Assembly (NCBI GenBank): GCA_027923505.1
Contig: BROI01000015.1
Span: forward strand, 1 to 64,000
Direction of reading: 5' to 3'
Origin: Mayamaea pseudoterrestris
Lineage: Eukaryota
DNA: 64,000 nucleotides
Shown: positions 10,478-21,583 of the stretch, piece after piece
Position numbering within the stretch: the first letter of the stretch is position 1
Layout of the letters: each line of letters begins with the position of its first letter
The notes under the pieces: model-generated
The model's input: only the letters and a program-made list of their open reading frames with translations
Databases searched by the model: none
What the model was told of the DNA's origin: nothing
Made by a program: the position numbers and the translations under genes

Positions 10478-10660
10478 TGTTGAAGGGCCGCAAGGTACTA
10501 CAGCAGACACTCGAAGCAAACTAGTTCAATAACGTTGAATTGTTACATTATGAGCTGATGGCGGTAAGCGCCAGCAGACTCTTGCTAATCGAGTGGCTGA
10601 GAGCAAAGCGATGGAATGGATGGTGGACAGAATGGGATATTAATGAGTCATGGCGAGTGT
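10478..10660 (-). repeat. Probable 5' LTR (R-U5 part) of element A; outer boundary unresolved
   Basis: Ends ...CCCTTCAACA about 100 bp before the gag ATG. No matching TGTTG start is found before element C coding sequence takes over near 10690, so it is probably truncated. Confidence 0.55.
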
Positions 10661-10689
10661 CTTCTCCGCCTCGTAGCTTGCGACGCCTA

Positions 10690-13600
10690 CTGGCGCGTGA
10701 GCTGCGGCGCTGTGACCTCCTGAGAGGCGGGCCATCTGGCTCCCTTGTGGGCTCGGGAGTGGGACCGTCCGGGCTCCCTTCTTCGTTGGCCGCTGGGTCT
10801 ATTGGGTCGGGCGCGTCCGGTTGTTCTGGGACTCCTTGGGCCCCCGGTGTAGTGGACCCGGCCGGTCCGTCGGGCTCCTGGGGTTCAGCGGCTTCTTCGA
10901 ATGTGACCTGTGCCGGGGGACCGTTGAGGGTTTCGTTGCCTGGGTGCAGCGTCTCCTGTGGGGAGGCTCCCTTGTTGGCGGCCAGGAAGTGGCACTTGTC
11001 CTGCCAGTGTGAAGTTGGTAGGCAATCATTGAAGGACTTGCGCATGGTCTGAAAGCTTGGGTCAAAGTGTACGTGAAACTGTGGGGAGGCGAGGCCGGTT
11101 TCGAGTGACAGTACCAAGGCCACCGACCTGGCGTGGTGGGCTGAAGGGCCCAGGTATACCCCTACCCGCGCTCGGTCTACCCACTTGTCCTTGCTGGTCA
11201 CGTAGGTGTACACGGGGCACCCGAACGGGGAGTAGTGCTTGGGATTGAAGGAGGCAGGGGCCCCAGTGAAGGTCTCCACTGGTATGCTGTTGTCTTTGAG
11301 GCCTGGCGTGATGTTCTTGGTCTCATTGGCCAGTCTTAGCGCGTAAGGCCACAAGTTGGCATTCACCGCAGTGGGCCATCGGCGGGCGGCGTGGATCATC
11401 ATTGTTCTGGCTTGATCCTGTAGCTCCCTGATGTGTCGCTCGGCTATACCGTTCTGAAAGTGGGCATTGACGCCACAGAATGTGAGCACTTGGTTGGCTT
11501 GCGGTACGCCGTGCTTGCCAACTTGTCGGCAAACCTCCATTTCGGCTGCCGTAGTGTTGACTCCAACCGACGAGCGTACTCGACTGCCTTTAGTTTCTTC
11601 GCGGGTTTTGCAAGTGGATGAAGGAAAATCTGCTGAACTGGTCCACAAAGATAGTGGCGCACATGTAGCGGCGTTTAGTCGGTATGCCTCTCAGTTGGGC
11701 TATCAATCCTGGAGTATAGGAGACCAGTTGGTCAACCGAGACACATTCCCCAGGCCGGGTGGCCAGTACCTTGGAGTCCTCTAGCTGGGCTTGCGTAGGC
11801 TTGGTCCTCCATGGTCTCTTCGTGGCCTTGCCGTAGAGGCAGCTGGTGCACAGAGGCACTGGACACTTGGCTAATCGACTTGGGAGGATGCCCATGCGGG
11901 ACATTGCTTGTATTCACCTTGGGGACGCATGGTTGAGCTTATGGTGCCAGCGCAGGAATTCTGCCGAGGCATCTTGCGGTCTGGTGTCCTCCTCGTCCGG
12001 GCTAACCTGGTCTTGGATCGAGCCTCGTCCGGTCGGGCCGTCAAGCTGGAAATCCGTTGTCAGCGGCTGGGTGCGAGGCGGCTCGGCCGGAGTGACCGTG
12101 GGCGATGGGTGCCCGTCATCGGGCGGGGAGGATCCCATGTAGTCATTCCCCCCCCGGATGCCAGGCGGAAGACTGTGCTGGGAGGTCGTACGGGAGCACG
12201 GCCGCGGCGTAGCAGGTAGGATGCTCGTCGCTGACCGGTGGGATGGTGGCGAGAAAAGCGGAGTAGTTGGCAAAGCCGGGTGCCGAGTTGAGAATGCCCA
12301 CATTGGAGGCGGGATCCAGGGGCACCGTGCGTTGGCGTCGGCACTGATCCCAGTAGAGGACAATGCGATCCGAGTAGGTGAGTGAGTAGGTGCCATCCTT
12401 GTCCGGGTCGTGATCGTTGGCCAGTTGTGCCCAGTGCTGGGGGCTCAGGAGCCGACTGTGCGCTTTGGCGTCGTAGATCATTTTGGGGATGTCGATGGTG
12501 TAGGGGGCTCCCTCGTCGTCCTCAATGGTGTAGCGGCCATGACCCTGGGCGAGTGGGCTGCCAGGCGAGCCATGGATGCCGGTGAGGGTGTGCTGGATCG
12601 CCTTTGGTGGCGAGTAGAAGTCCGATAAGTGGCTGGTGATGCAATAAGATGCGCAATTGTCGACTCGAAGTTGGAGGGAGTCGGTATCAAAGCGGACTTT
12701 GCGTGAGGAGGAGCGGCCGGTGGGGCAGTGGGAGGCGAACGCTAGCCATGGTGACAAGCGTCCATCGGTGCGCGTGGTGGCCCATTCGACGAGTGTTGAC
12801 AGTGGTGTCCCACCGTTGTGTTGAGTAGGTGCGCGTGTCGTATCTGGAGGTGCGCGAGTGTGACTGTCCGCTGAATAGGTGAGGCGTAGTTGTGAATCTC
12901 CCTTGTTGACTGCGCTGGTAGGAGGTGAGAACGGCGTCGCCTTTGGGTTGCGATAAAGGTAGCTCTTATAGGCGTTGTACGCTCGCGCCCGTCGTATGAA
13001 GTCAACTGGGACGAAGGGAGCTTGACGTGTGTTGTAGCGCGTGGGTGTCTCCCTTTTAGGACGATGGCCGAGGTGTGCGTCGGCCGTGACGCTGATAGCC
13101 CAGCAGGCAATGTGATAGTAGCAGAGGCGACGGGCCCAAGTGCGTGACTTGCTGCGCCGAAGGTGGTAGCTGAATGGGTTGACGGACTTGCGCTTGCGTC
13201 GTTCGGCCTTGTAGGGAGGCCATGGCCATGGTAGACGGTGGAACCAGCTCAGCGCTCGGTCCCATAGTTGAAGCGGACTGGCCGAGGAAGGTTTGAAGGT
13301 GTGGCGCGAGTTGGTGCTGGCGCTCTGGTGCGGTGTAGCTGGTGAGTGGCAGATGAATCTCAGGGCGTTCAGGAGTTTACTCATCAGCCCGTAAAACATT
13401 AAGATAAAGTTCCACGGGCATCCCCATCAGCTGCTCTCGTCGCCGCTGTCCTGTTGGTAGATGGCCATTTGCGCTTGGAGCGTCGATGCTGGGGTGGCTG
13501 TGGCGGCCTCCGGTGTGGCGGCCTCGGGGGTCGCAATCTTGCCTTCCTTCTGTGCCTTGTGGCAGTCGGCCGCTGCGTGCTGGCCCCACTTGGCGTGGTG

Positions 13601-15226
13601 CGGGCACCAGGTCCAGTCCAGCTCCTTGCCCTTGGCGTTCTTGGCCTTCTTGTGGAGCTTTCCATCCGTTGGTGCGGAGTCTCCGTCCGTCCTTGACCCG
13701 GTCGGCCCTCGCGTGGCGCCTTTGCGCCGATCTCGCCTTGGCTTCCCTTTGCAGGGCTTCGTCCCTTGGTGGTCGTTCTTCTTTCGCCGTGACTCTTGGC
13801 GTTACCGATAGCGCGTCGAGTGCGGCTGCGGTAGTCATCCGTTTGCTTACGCGCGTCGCACCGTTGTCCACGGCGACGGTGGTCGCAGCAAGTTGGGTGT
13901 GGTCTGCCCCCGGTTCTGTAGATCCTGGTCAACCCTGCGCACGTGGTCGTGAAACTTCTCGATGTTGTAGTCAAAGACTTCCGCTAGCTTGGTTCCTGAG
14001 CAGTCCATGATCTCCTTGTGGAGGTTGAATATGGTGGCCTTGGAGTCGAGCACCGTCTTGGTAATGATAACCATGAGGAGGGCGATGCCCGAGGCAGTGA
14101 CCACGTCCGAAGCCATTCCTTTGAGCTTGTACTCGCTAGCCGACAGGCGGATGCGCGCCTTCATGTCTGGGTCCAGCGACTGGATAATGGTCGAAGCCAG
14201 TTGGTTGTCGGCCTGAGCTTGGCGCGTCTGGGTCCCAAGGAAGGACTTGGCGTACTCTTGGACCTTGGTCATGTTGAGCTTGCCGTACTCCGAAATGAGG
14301 TTGGCGGTAGTCAGGGTGGTCCCCTGTTCGCACTTGGTGAGCGGCACGTCGTAAACGTTCCAGTTGAACTGAGTTCCTTTGTCGTCCAGGTCGGCGAGAA
14401 ACCCTGAGAGCTCCTCCGACTTGCCAGAGTACTTCTTGTCGAGTCCCTTGGAGGATTCGATGAATACCTTCATGTTCTTGGCATCGCTAAAGTTCATTGG
14501 CTGGTTGGTCGCCAATGGCGTAAGCTGGTACGCACTGCTGCTGGGAGCGGCCACCGCTGGTGGAGCACCTTGCTGCGCGGTGGCAGCCAAGGCTTCAGCG
14601 ACTGCGGCTGCGATGGCGGCTTGGAGAGCAGCCTGGTTGGCTTCCTGGTCCTGGAGGCGACGCACTTCGGTGGCGGCGGCAGCGGCTTCGTTGGCTTGCT
14701 GCATGGCTGCAATGCGTGCAGTCATCTCGGCGATCTGGGCGGCGTGGGCGTCCATTGCTTGTTATGTTTGTTGCGGGTTGCGCAGAGGAAGCGTGTTGTT
14801 ATGGTAATTCAGTCGAGGTCAACTGAAGGGCTCGGTGGTTACTACTTGCAAGTAACTAGAAATCAAAGAAGGTTTGCTTCGTTTGGTAACTGTGAGTGTT
14901 TAGTGTTACTGCTATAATTTACTGCCTTTGCAGGCCGAGTCTCGCCGAGGTGCGGGCTTGCTTGGGCCTGCTATGTATGATAGCCAGTGAACTTGCCGTC
15001 TTGCGGGTAATTAGGGTGCTTTGGCGTTTGTAGCCATTATTAACTGGTGATTGAACAGATAGTTAGAGAGTAAGTCAGTTGGATGCTTCGCCATCCCCTT
15101 GCCAATGGCGAGGCCTGCATCGCCATGGTCAGTCTGTGGCGAGGCTGGTTTGTGTGGACCGTACCGAATCCCGCCGATCTGTCGATGTCGCATGGACATC
15201 CATCTATGTCGCATACACATCCAACA
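10690..15226 (-). mobile_element. Copia-like element C, frameshifted and truncated after integrase
   Basis: Gag 14755-13427 with WCPHHAKWGQHAAADC. Protease FDTDSLQLRVDNCASYCIT. Zinc-binding WHHKLNH...CTSC. Integrase VSVDQLVS...IFVDQFS...FQNGIAERHI. Ends near LRRSQR. Confidence 0.88.
14794..15226 (-). repeat. 5' LTR of element C (433 bp, TGTTG...CAACA)
   Basis: Canonical 5-bp inverted termini. Inner end lies 39 bp upstream of the gag ATG and is followed by a tRNA-complementary segment. Confidence 0.75.
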
Positions 15227-15299
15227 CCTCGGTGTAAGCTTGCATAATATATACAGGTGTGTACTGCCAACAGTCGTATGTGTGCATCGCCAAACAACT

Positions 15300-16150
15300 T
15301 GACACCATCATCTGTAGCTCCCAGTTTGTCTCTCAGCACCCAACTTAGCAGCTTGCCATCAAGTGTGCCATCAAGTGATCCAAGCACCAAGCCCGGTGAA
15401 TAATCTAGCGCAGGACCCAGTCTCCTTCCCGGTGCAGCATCAAGCTTGCCACCCTCTGTAGCTCCCAGTCTGTCTCTCAGCACCCAACCCAGCAGCTTGC
15501 CATCAAGTGTACCATCAAGTGATCCAAGCACCAAGCCCGGTGAATAATCTAGCGCAGGACCCAGTCTCCTTCCCGGTGCAGCATCAAGCTTGTCACCCTC
15601 TGTAGCTCCCAGTTTGTCTCTCAGCACCCAACCCAGCAGCTTGCCATCAAGTGTGCCATCAAGTGATCCAGGCACCAAGCCCACTGAATAATCTAGCGCA
15701 TGACCCAGTCTCCTTCCCAGCGCAGCATCAAGCTTGTCACCCTCTGTGGCTCCCAGTTTGTCTCCAGGCACTCAACCCGGCAGCGTGCCATCAAGTGTGC
15801 CGTCAAGTGATCCAAGTGCCAAGCCCAGTGTGTGACTCACTTAGTGCAGGGCCCAGTGTCCATCCTGCAGCAGCAATGTTGTGCCCCTCTGTGAGTTCCA
15901 GTTTGTCTCTCAGCACCCAACCCAACAGCTTGCCATCAAGTGTGCCATTCAGTGACCCAAGCGCCAAGCCCAGTGTGTCATCTAGCACAGGACCTCAACT
16001 CCTTCCCAGTGCAGCAACAAGCTTGTCCCCCACTGTGGATCCCACTTTCTTACCCAGCAGTCACCCTAGCAGCTTGCTATCAAGTGTGCCATCAATTGAT
16101 CTAAGCAGATTTTCCTCCAAACATTCACCCATGCAGCTTGCCATCAAGTC
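15300..16150 (+). repeat. Degenerate 144-bp tandem repeat (about 6 units) built from 12-bp subunits; decayed Pro/Ser-rich coding repeat
   Basis: TGTAGCTCCCAGT-type motif recurs at about 15313, 15457, 15601 and 15745. Plus strand gives PSSLPSSVPSSDPSTKP with an in-frame TAA in several units. Confidence 0.8.
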
Positions 16151-16389
16151 AGGTCTGACCCCAGTCCCTCGGTGCAATGCATCGCTACGTACGGTAGACA
16201 ATGAATGCCTCAATACCGCTCCGACGTGAAAGCTCAAGGCGCGCCGCTCCGCGCTCGATCATATCGCGTAATTCTAGATTCTTGACATGGCATGGAGCTC
16301 AACCTTTTGTTTCAATAAGAGAAGAGCATACTGTTTCGTTTTTGGATAAAGGAGCTTTGGGTTGATTGAGTCTATGCTGAGCGAGCTTC

Positions 16390-18072
16390 ATGTCGGACAC
16401 CATGTTGATATTACGAACGCTCCTGCAGGATCGGAACGAACGCGAGACGAATCCATTCATATCCATCAACCAAGCCAATGCCACGCTTCTTAATCAAGTT
16501 GACGCGCTGCAACAAAAGTGCGAAATAGCAGATCGAGAGCTGGTCGCCCTTCGTACACAACTATCTACTAATCCGTCCAAGGCTGGGAAGATGGCCGCGG
16601 CTGCTGCGCTCAGGAACGAGACACGACTTCACGAAAAATTGGAAAAATTGCAGGAGGAATGCAATGCGACACTAAAAATAGAAGCACAGGAGAAGGCGCT
16701 TGCACTTGAAACAGCTCATTTATTGGCCCAGCAAAAAGATTTGGTTGCAGCCCAGGAAATTCAGCTGCAGCAACAGCAAGCTGAACTCGAGCAAACGCAA
16801 AGGGCAGTAATACACTTGCAGGATCAAGTAAAAGAGGCACAACGAGCGACTCTGCTAGCGGTGAAACAGTACGATGGATTAAAGGTAACCATTCGTCAGC
16901 TGCAAAAAGAAAATGATTCGCTGCAAAAGGAAAATTATACGCTAGAGTTTCGACTCGTCGACGACAAGAGGTTACTTGGCGACGAACTCAACACGCTGAC
17001 GGAAACAATTGAGTCTTTAAAGCGAGAGGTTGACATGCTTAGGAGCTTAAAGGCGCAAGAAGAACAGCGAAGTAGAGGATCGTTTGGTGGCACAAATCCT
17101 GCACAGGCTGAGTCTAAGACCGCTCAGGACGACGGGCGTCAAATTGGGGATTTTGGAGTTATTGTACCGAATGAAATTAAGCTGAATATTTTCGCCCATG
17201 CGATGGAAGGAACTTGTTTGCGGTACGATACTTCCGGAATTGGACTGTTGGCAACATCGAGTAGTGATGCCACCGTCAAGGTTTTCGACGCCAACCTAGG
17301 ACATGTGCTGGCGACGTTACGCGGGTCACCAGGTAGTTCCATCATTAGTTGTGACCTATCGAACAATCTCGTTGTTGGTGCTGGGTCAGACAAAACTTGC
17401 CGTGTTTGGAACTTGAGAACGCAAAGAATGATACATCATTTAGTCGGGCATGCGCAAAAGGTTACTTGCGTGCGCTTGTTTAATGGCGACAAATCAGTTT
17501 TGACAGCATCCTCGGATCGCTCCCTCAAGGTTTGGGATATATCACTGAAAACATACAAGCAAACGGTTACTTTACGGCATAGTTCAACTTCAAACTGCGT
17601 TGACGTGGCTTCTGATTCCATGTCGGCCGTCAGCGGTCATTTAGACGGTGGGCTAAGGATCTGGAACTTGCATTCGGGCGAGCGAACGGCGGATATGCCA
17701 GGAGTACACGAAGCGGCTGTAACATCGGTGCGATTTCATCCTCTGGGCAATGGGCATATTCTCACTAACGCAGCAGACTCTTGTCTGAAGGTAGTGGATG
17801 TGCGGACGGGCATGGCTATCCAAACATTCCGGCACCTGGGGTTTCAAACTGTGCACAACTGGTCGAGCTCCGCATTTAGCCCAGACGGCAGATACGTCAT
17901 TGCTGGTTCCAACTCTACAGGAAACATTTACGTGTGGGATACGACAGATGGATCGTTAAAGAAAACTCTGGAGGGTCATACAGTGGGAGTCTGTGCAATT
18001 GATTGGGGCCGGGGATCGCAGCAACAAGTCGCATCAGTTGATCGGATGGGAATGTTGATTTTGTGGGCCTGA
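16390..18072 (+). CDS. ATG16: Autophagy protein ATG16 (ATG16L-type: coiled coil plus WD40 repeats)
   Basis: N-terminal LQDRNERE..PF helix, long coiled coil, then WD40 repeats (DKTCRVWN, HLVGHAQKV, DRSLKVWD, SAFSPDGRY). Confidence 0.85.
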   Translation: MSDTMLILRTLLQDRNERETNPFISINQANATLLNQVDALQQKCEIADRELVALRTQLSTNPSKAGKMAAAAALRNETRLHEKLEKLQEECNATLKIEAQEKALALETAHLLAQQKDLVAAQEIQLQQQQAELEQTQRAVIHLQDQVKEAQRATLLAVKQYDGLKVTIRQLQKENDSLQKENYTLEFRLVDDKRLLGDELNTLTETIESLKREVDMLRSLKAQEEQRSRGSFGGTNPAQAESKTAQDDGRQIGDFGVIVPNEIKLNIFAHAMEGTCLRYDTSGIGLLATSSSDATVKVFDANLGHVLATLRGSPGSSIISCDLSNNLVVGAGSDKTCRVWNLRTQRMIHHLVGHAQKVTCVRLFNGDKSVLTASSDRSLKVWDISLKTYKQTVTLRHSSTSNCVDVASDSMSAVSGHLDGGLRIWNLHSGERTADMPGVHEAAVTSVRFHPLGNGHILTNAADSCLKVVDVRTGMAIQTFRHLGFQTVHNWSSSAFSPDGRYVIAGSNSTGNIYVWDTTDGSLKKTLEGHTVGVCAIDWGRGSQQQVASVDRMGMLILWA

Positions 18073-18152
18073 AATAGCAATAGATTTATGTATAGCAGAT
18101 TGATATCCATATACTAGGCTGCAATGCCTTGTCGTTTAGTCCAGCACTCGCG

Positions 18153-19767
18153 TCACTTCTTCAACTTCCAAAAGAGATTTGGGTTGTACGCGGCATACAC
18201 TGAGATCAAAGCCTCACAAAGCTGCGCTTGAAAAGTGGTTAAAGGCAGATCATTTGGCGGACTTTGGAAGGGCCGCTCCAACTCTCGAGCTGTCTCGTGA
18301 AGACCCAGAAAGCAGCCGACTGTAAGAGTATTCATTAATGCTCCCAACCCCAAACTGGATGAGCGCAGCATATATTGTGTGAGACACGCAAGGAAGGCCA
18401 ATCAATAGCGACAGAACTCTAAATGACAAATGCACATACCTGGACACAAAACCACTAAAAAGTAAAGGGAGGACAAAGAGAATGACAATCGAAAAACAGG
18501 TTGCAATCTGTGCGTGTGGGTGGGGGAATGGCACGTAAGCAATTAGCCGACATTGGTTATATCCTTTCATTCCATCCGAGAGAAACTGGTAGATGCGCGT
18601 AAGGATGGGCGTGCCAACGTGACCTGTACTGCCCTTCAACGACTCTCGCGTGATAAATTCTTGTAGCCACATGGAGCATAGCGTTACCTTCGCGTACGGT
18701 CCTTGACACGATCGTAATGCCGCTATTTCATTGTCGCTCACTCCACCAAGGACGCCTAAAGGTCGAGCTGCATTGTAAAGCGTCCGCTTCTCCTGTGTCC
18801 GAGAAGTTCCCGTAATAAAATAAAATATAGACGACAGCGCATTTTGATCCCCGTATTCGCTTCGAATATCGCGGTTCAGGTAATCCGGATCGACTGGTGG
18901 CCAAGGCGAACCTGGAATATATTCAATGATGCGCATGTCCACGCCTTCCATGTTGGCACGCAAAGACTCAAGTGCCACTGCTCCCAAAAGGCTATATAAA
19001 TGCGCCAGTTCCTGCATAAACAGGGAAGGATATGGAATATTCTGCGATGTCATGGGTTCATGAGGTGTTTCAAGCGTTTCAATGCGGTCAGTCGCTGCAA
19101 ATCGTCGAAGAAATCTTAGTGGAATAGGTATCCGAGCTTTCGAAGCATCAGCACGAATTGAGCTTATGCTTTTTGTAAGTGACCCCTTAGGATGTGGTAC
19201 TGGCTCGCGCTTTGGCTCCTTGTACGACTTCTTCTTCGTCATGCTGTTATATAACTTCAGTTTGACATAGTTTTTCTTCCGCAGACCCGCTTCGAGTGAT
19301 TCGGCTTGGGCTAGCTTTGTCCCCTCCTCCAAAAGCTGCCACTTCTGTAGTCCTCCAACGATATCCTGTCGTCGCAAATGCGGATGCTTGCCAAAAGCTT
19401 TTGGCTGATTGACATAGTACTTTTGATTTTGGTATCCGAATGCGGCAAGCGCGAGTGCAGAATCGAGCCATTTGGAGAGCATCAAATGAATGCCAGTGGC
19501 TCCATCCCAATATCTACCGTACGCATAATTTAATCGAAACGTGAGCAAAAATGCCACAAAGCTAATCAATACCCCGATTACATAGGGGTGTTCGATGGGC
19601 GTGCATCCCGATGCACCCAGGTAAAGCGAGCACCACGGAATGGACATCTTGATCGCCACAAAAAACGAAGTGCTTAATAGAGTTGGAAAGAGAGATTTGT
19701 ACACGGCGCTACCATGCACTCTTAATAAGAGTCTCAAACCGAAAACGTCTCTCTCGTAGAGGATCAT
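18153..19767 (-). CDS. Bestrophin-family anion channel, 2 exons (intron 18355-18439)
   Basis: FLLTFRLNYAYGRYWDG, VPFPHPHAQ and ARELERPF..PPNDLP motifs. A GT-AG intron joins the two ORFs in frame. Confidence 0.88.
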
Positions 19768-19998
19768 GGTGGAAAAGTGGAAACGGATGTGTTGGAATTC
19801 TACTTTCGGGGTTGTCTCAGATTTTCAAATCGCAGTGGCACTAACTACTCAATCACACACAATAAATATGAAATGCCACTTCATTCATTCCTATGACTTC
19901 GCTCATCAAGCGCGCCATGACCATACGACACACGACGTTAACATCGTCACAGTCAGCACGCGAAGACACCAAATGTTTGCCAATCATAGACATGCATC

Positions 19999-21583
19999 AT
20001 GATTCGATATGAGGCGGGACCATTCGGTTTAAACGTTCTATGGCGCTTGCACGGATCAGCCGTATTCAAATCCATCGTTCCAGCCCTCGGCTCATCGGTT
20101 ATATATTTGCTCTTGTTTGAACTGACCAATGAAGAAAACGAGCTGCTCTTTCTCCATCCATATCCAATTGGGGCCTTAATTGCAGCACTTACCTTCCTGC
20201 TGTCTTATCGTGCAACGTTTGCTTACAACCGATATTGGGAAGCTTGCTCGGCAGTTTATTTGATGCATTCGAGATGGATGGATCTTGGCACGTCGCTAGC
20301 AGCCTTTCATTTGCAATCTTCCAAATACAAGGGTCGAAAGCCTCCGTCATTTGGTCATTACCCACATTTACGGGTCGTCGAGCGAGAACGTGAGCGACTT
20401 AATGAGCCGACTCTCGATGAACTAGAAGTGCAACTATTGGACGCGGAAAAGAAGCCATCGGAGACAATTCGCTCAAGAATCGGCAGGACATTCCGAAAGG
20501 CTAAGGAGCACGATATGGAGCACGGTGGGGCATTATATCCTTCTATGAAGGTTCCAATGGATATGAATGACTCATCGTCTTCGATTGATTTCGACACGGG
20601 TACGGTGAATAAGATTGAGACTCGAAATATTGGACCTAGCATTGATTTGAACACGGATGAGCCCGCCCTATTCCGTAAGTACAGCTTGCAGCTCATTGCA
20701 TTTTCAAACAAAGTACTCATTCCTAATACTCTCATTTCAATGATAATCAGTGGAGGAAGCAGCACATTTGTTGTCGCTCTTGTCGGCAGTAGCCTTGTCG
20801 ACCCTCCGAAACGACTTAGAGCATGCCGACTCGCCGCTTTGCACATTCTATCCAGGCCAGCCATTTCCCCATGTCGACCCCGACAACTATAATGCTGACG
20901 TTCGTAAAGGTTGGAAGAATGAGCGCCAGTCCGTTACGCTCGTCATGTACTTGCTTGGATTCTCTCGAAGTAAGGCATCGCGCACCTTGTATAATGCAGC
21001 CCGCCCATTGCGCGTCGTTGGAGGTGTGAGCGATGCCGAGGTGGCCTTGCTGCAAGCTGCTAGAGGACCAATGGCCAAGGTTGCTCTTGTCAGTATGTGG
21101 CTGCAGGAATTCATTACTCGAGAACATTTGTCGGGCAGCACTGGCAAAGTGGGTGCGCCAATCATTGGGCGACTGTTTCAATACATAAGCGACGGCATGT
21201 TAGGTTACAATATGGCTCGAAAGGTTGCATACATACCATTTCCCTTTGCACATGCCCAGATAACCAGTCTCTTTGTGTTGGTTGTTATTGGAGTCATGCC
21301 ATTATTAATGCTTTCTTTTGTCACCAACGAAATATTTGGCGCATTGCTCAACTTTGTGACGGTTTGTTGCTTTTGCGGTCTGGATTCCGTCGCTAAAGAA
21401 CTGGAAGACCCTTTCTTTAATCCACCGAATGATATTCCAGTCAACAATCTGCATGCTCAATTCAATGAAGCTATAATGACGATGTTCAGAGGATGGCATC
21501 CTGATGCGTACTGGAGGATTAAGCGTGAACCGGCAGGAGAGGGCGCGAATGGTTATGGACGTGATGGTGATGGCTGCGACTGA
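19999..21583 (+). CDS. Bestrophin-family anion channel paralog, 2 exons (intron 20675-20750)
   Basis: FLLSYRATFAYNRYWEA, IPFPFAHAQ and AKELEDPF..PPNDIP motifs. A GTAAGT...CAG intron restores the frame. Confidence 0.88.

Noticed and set aside
15040..15771. 243-aa Gly/Leu/Asp repeat ORF on the minus strand
   Set aside because: Antisense reading of the Pro/Ser repeat that runs into the element C LTR.
15227..16174. CCTCGGTG direct repeat as an 8-bp TSD of a DNA transposon
   Set aside because: No terminal inverted repeats or transposase between the copies; likely chance.
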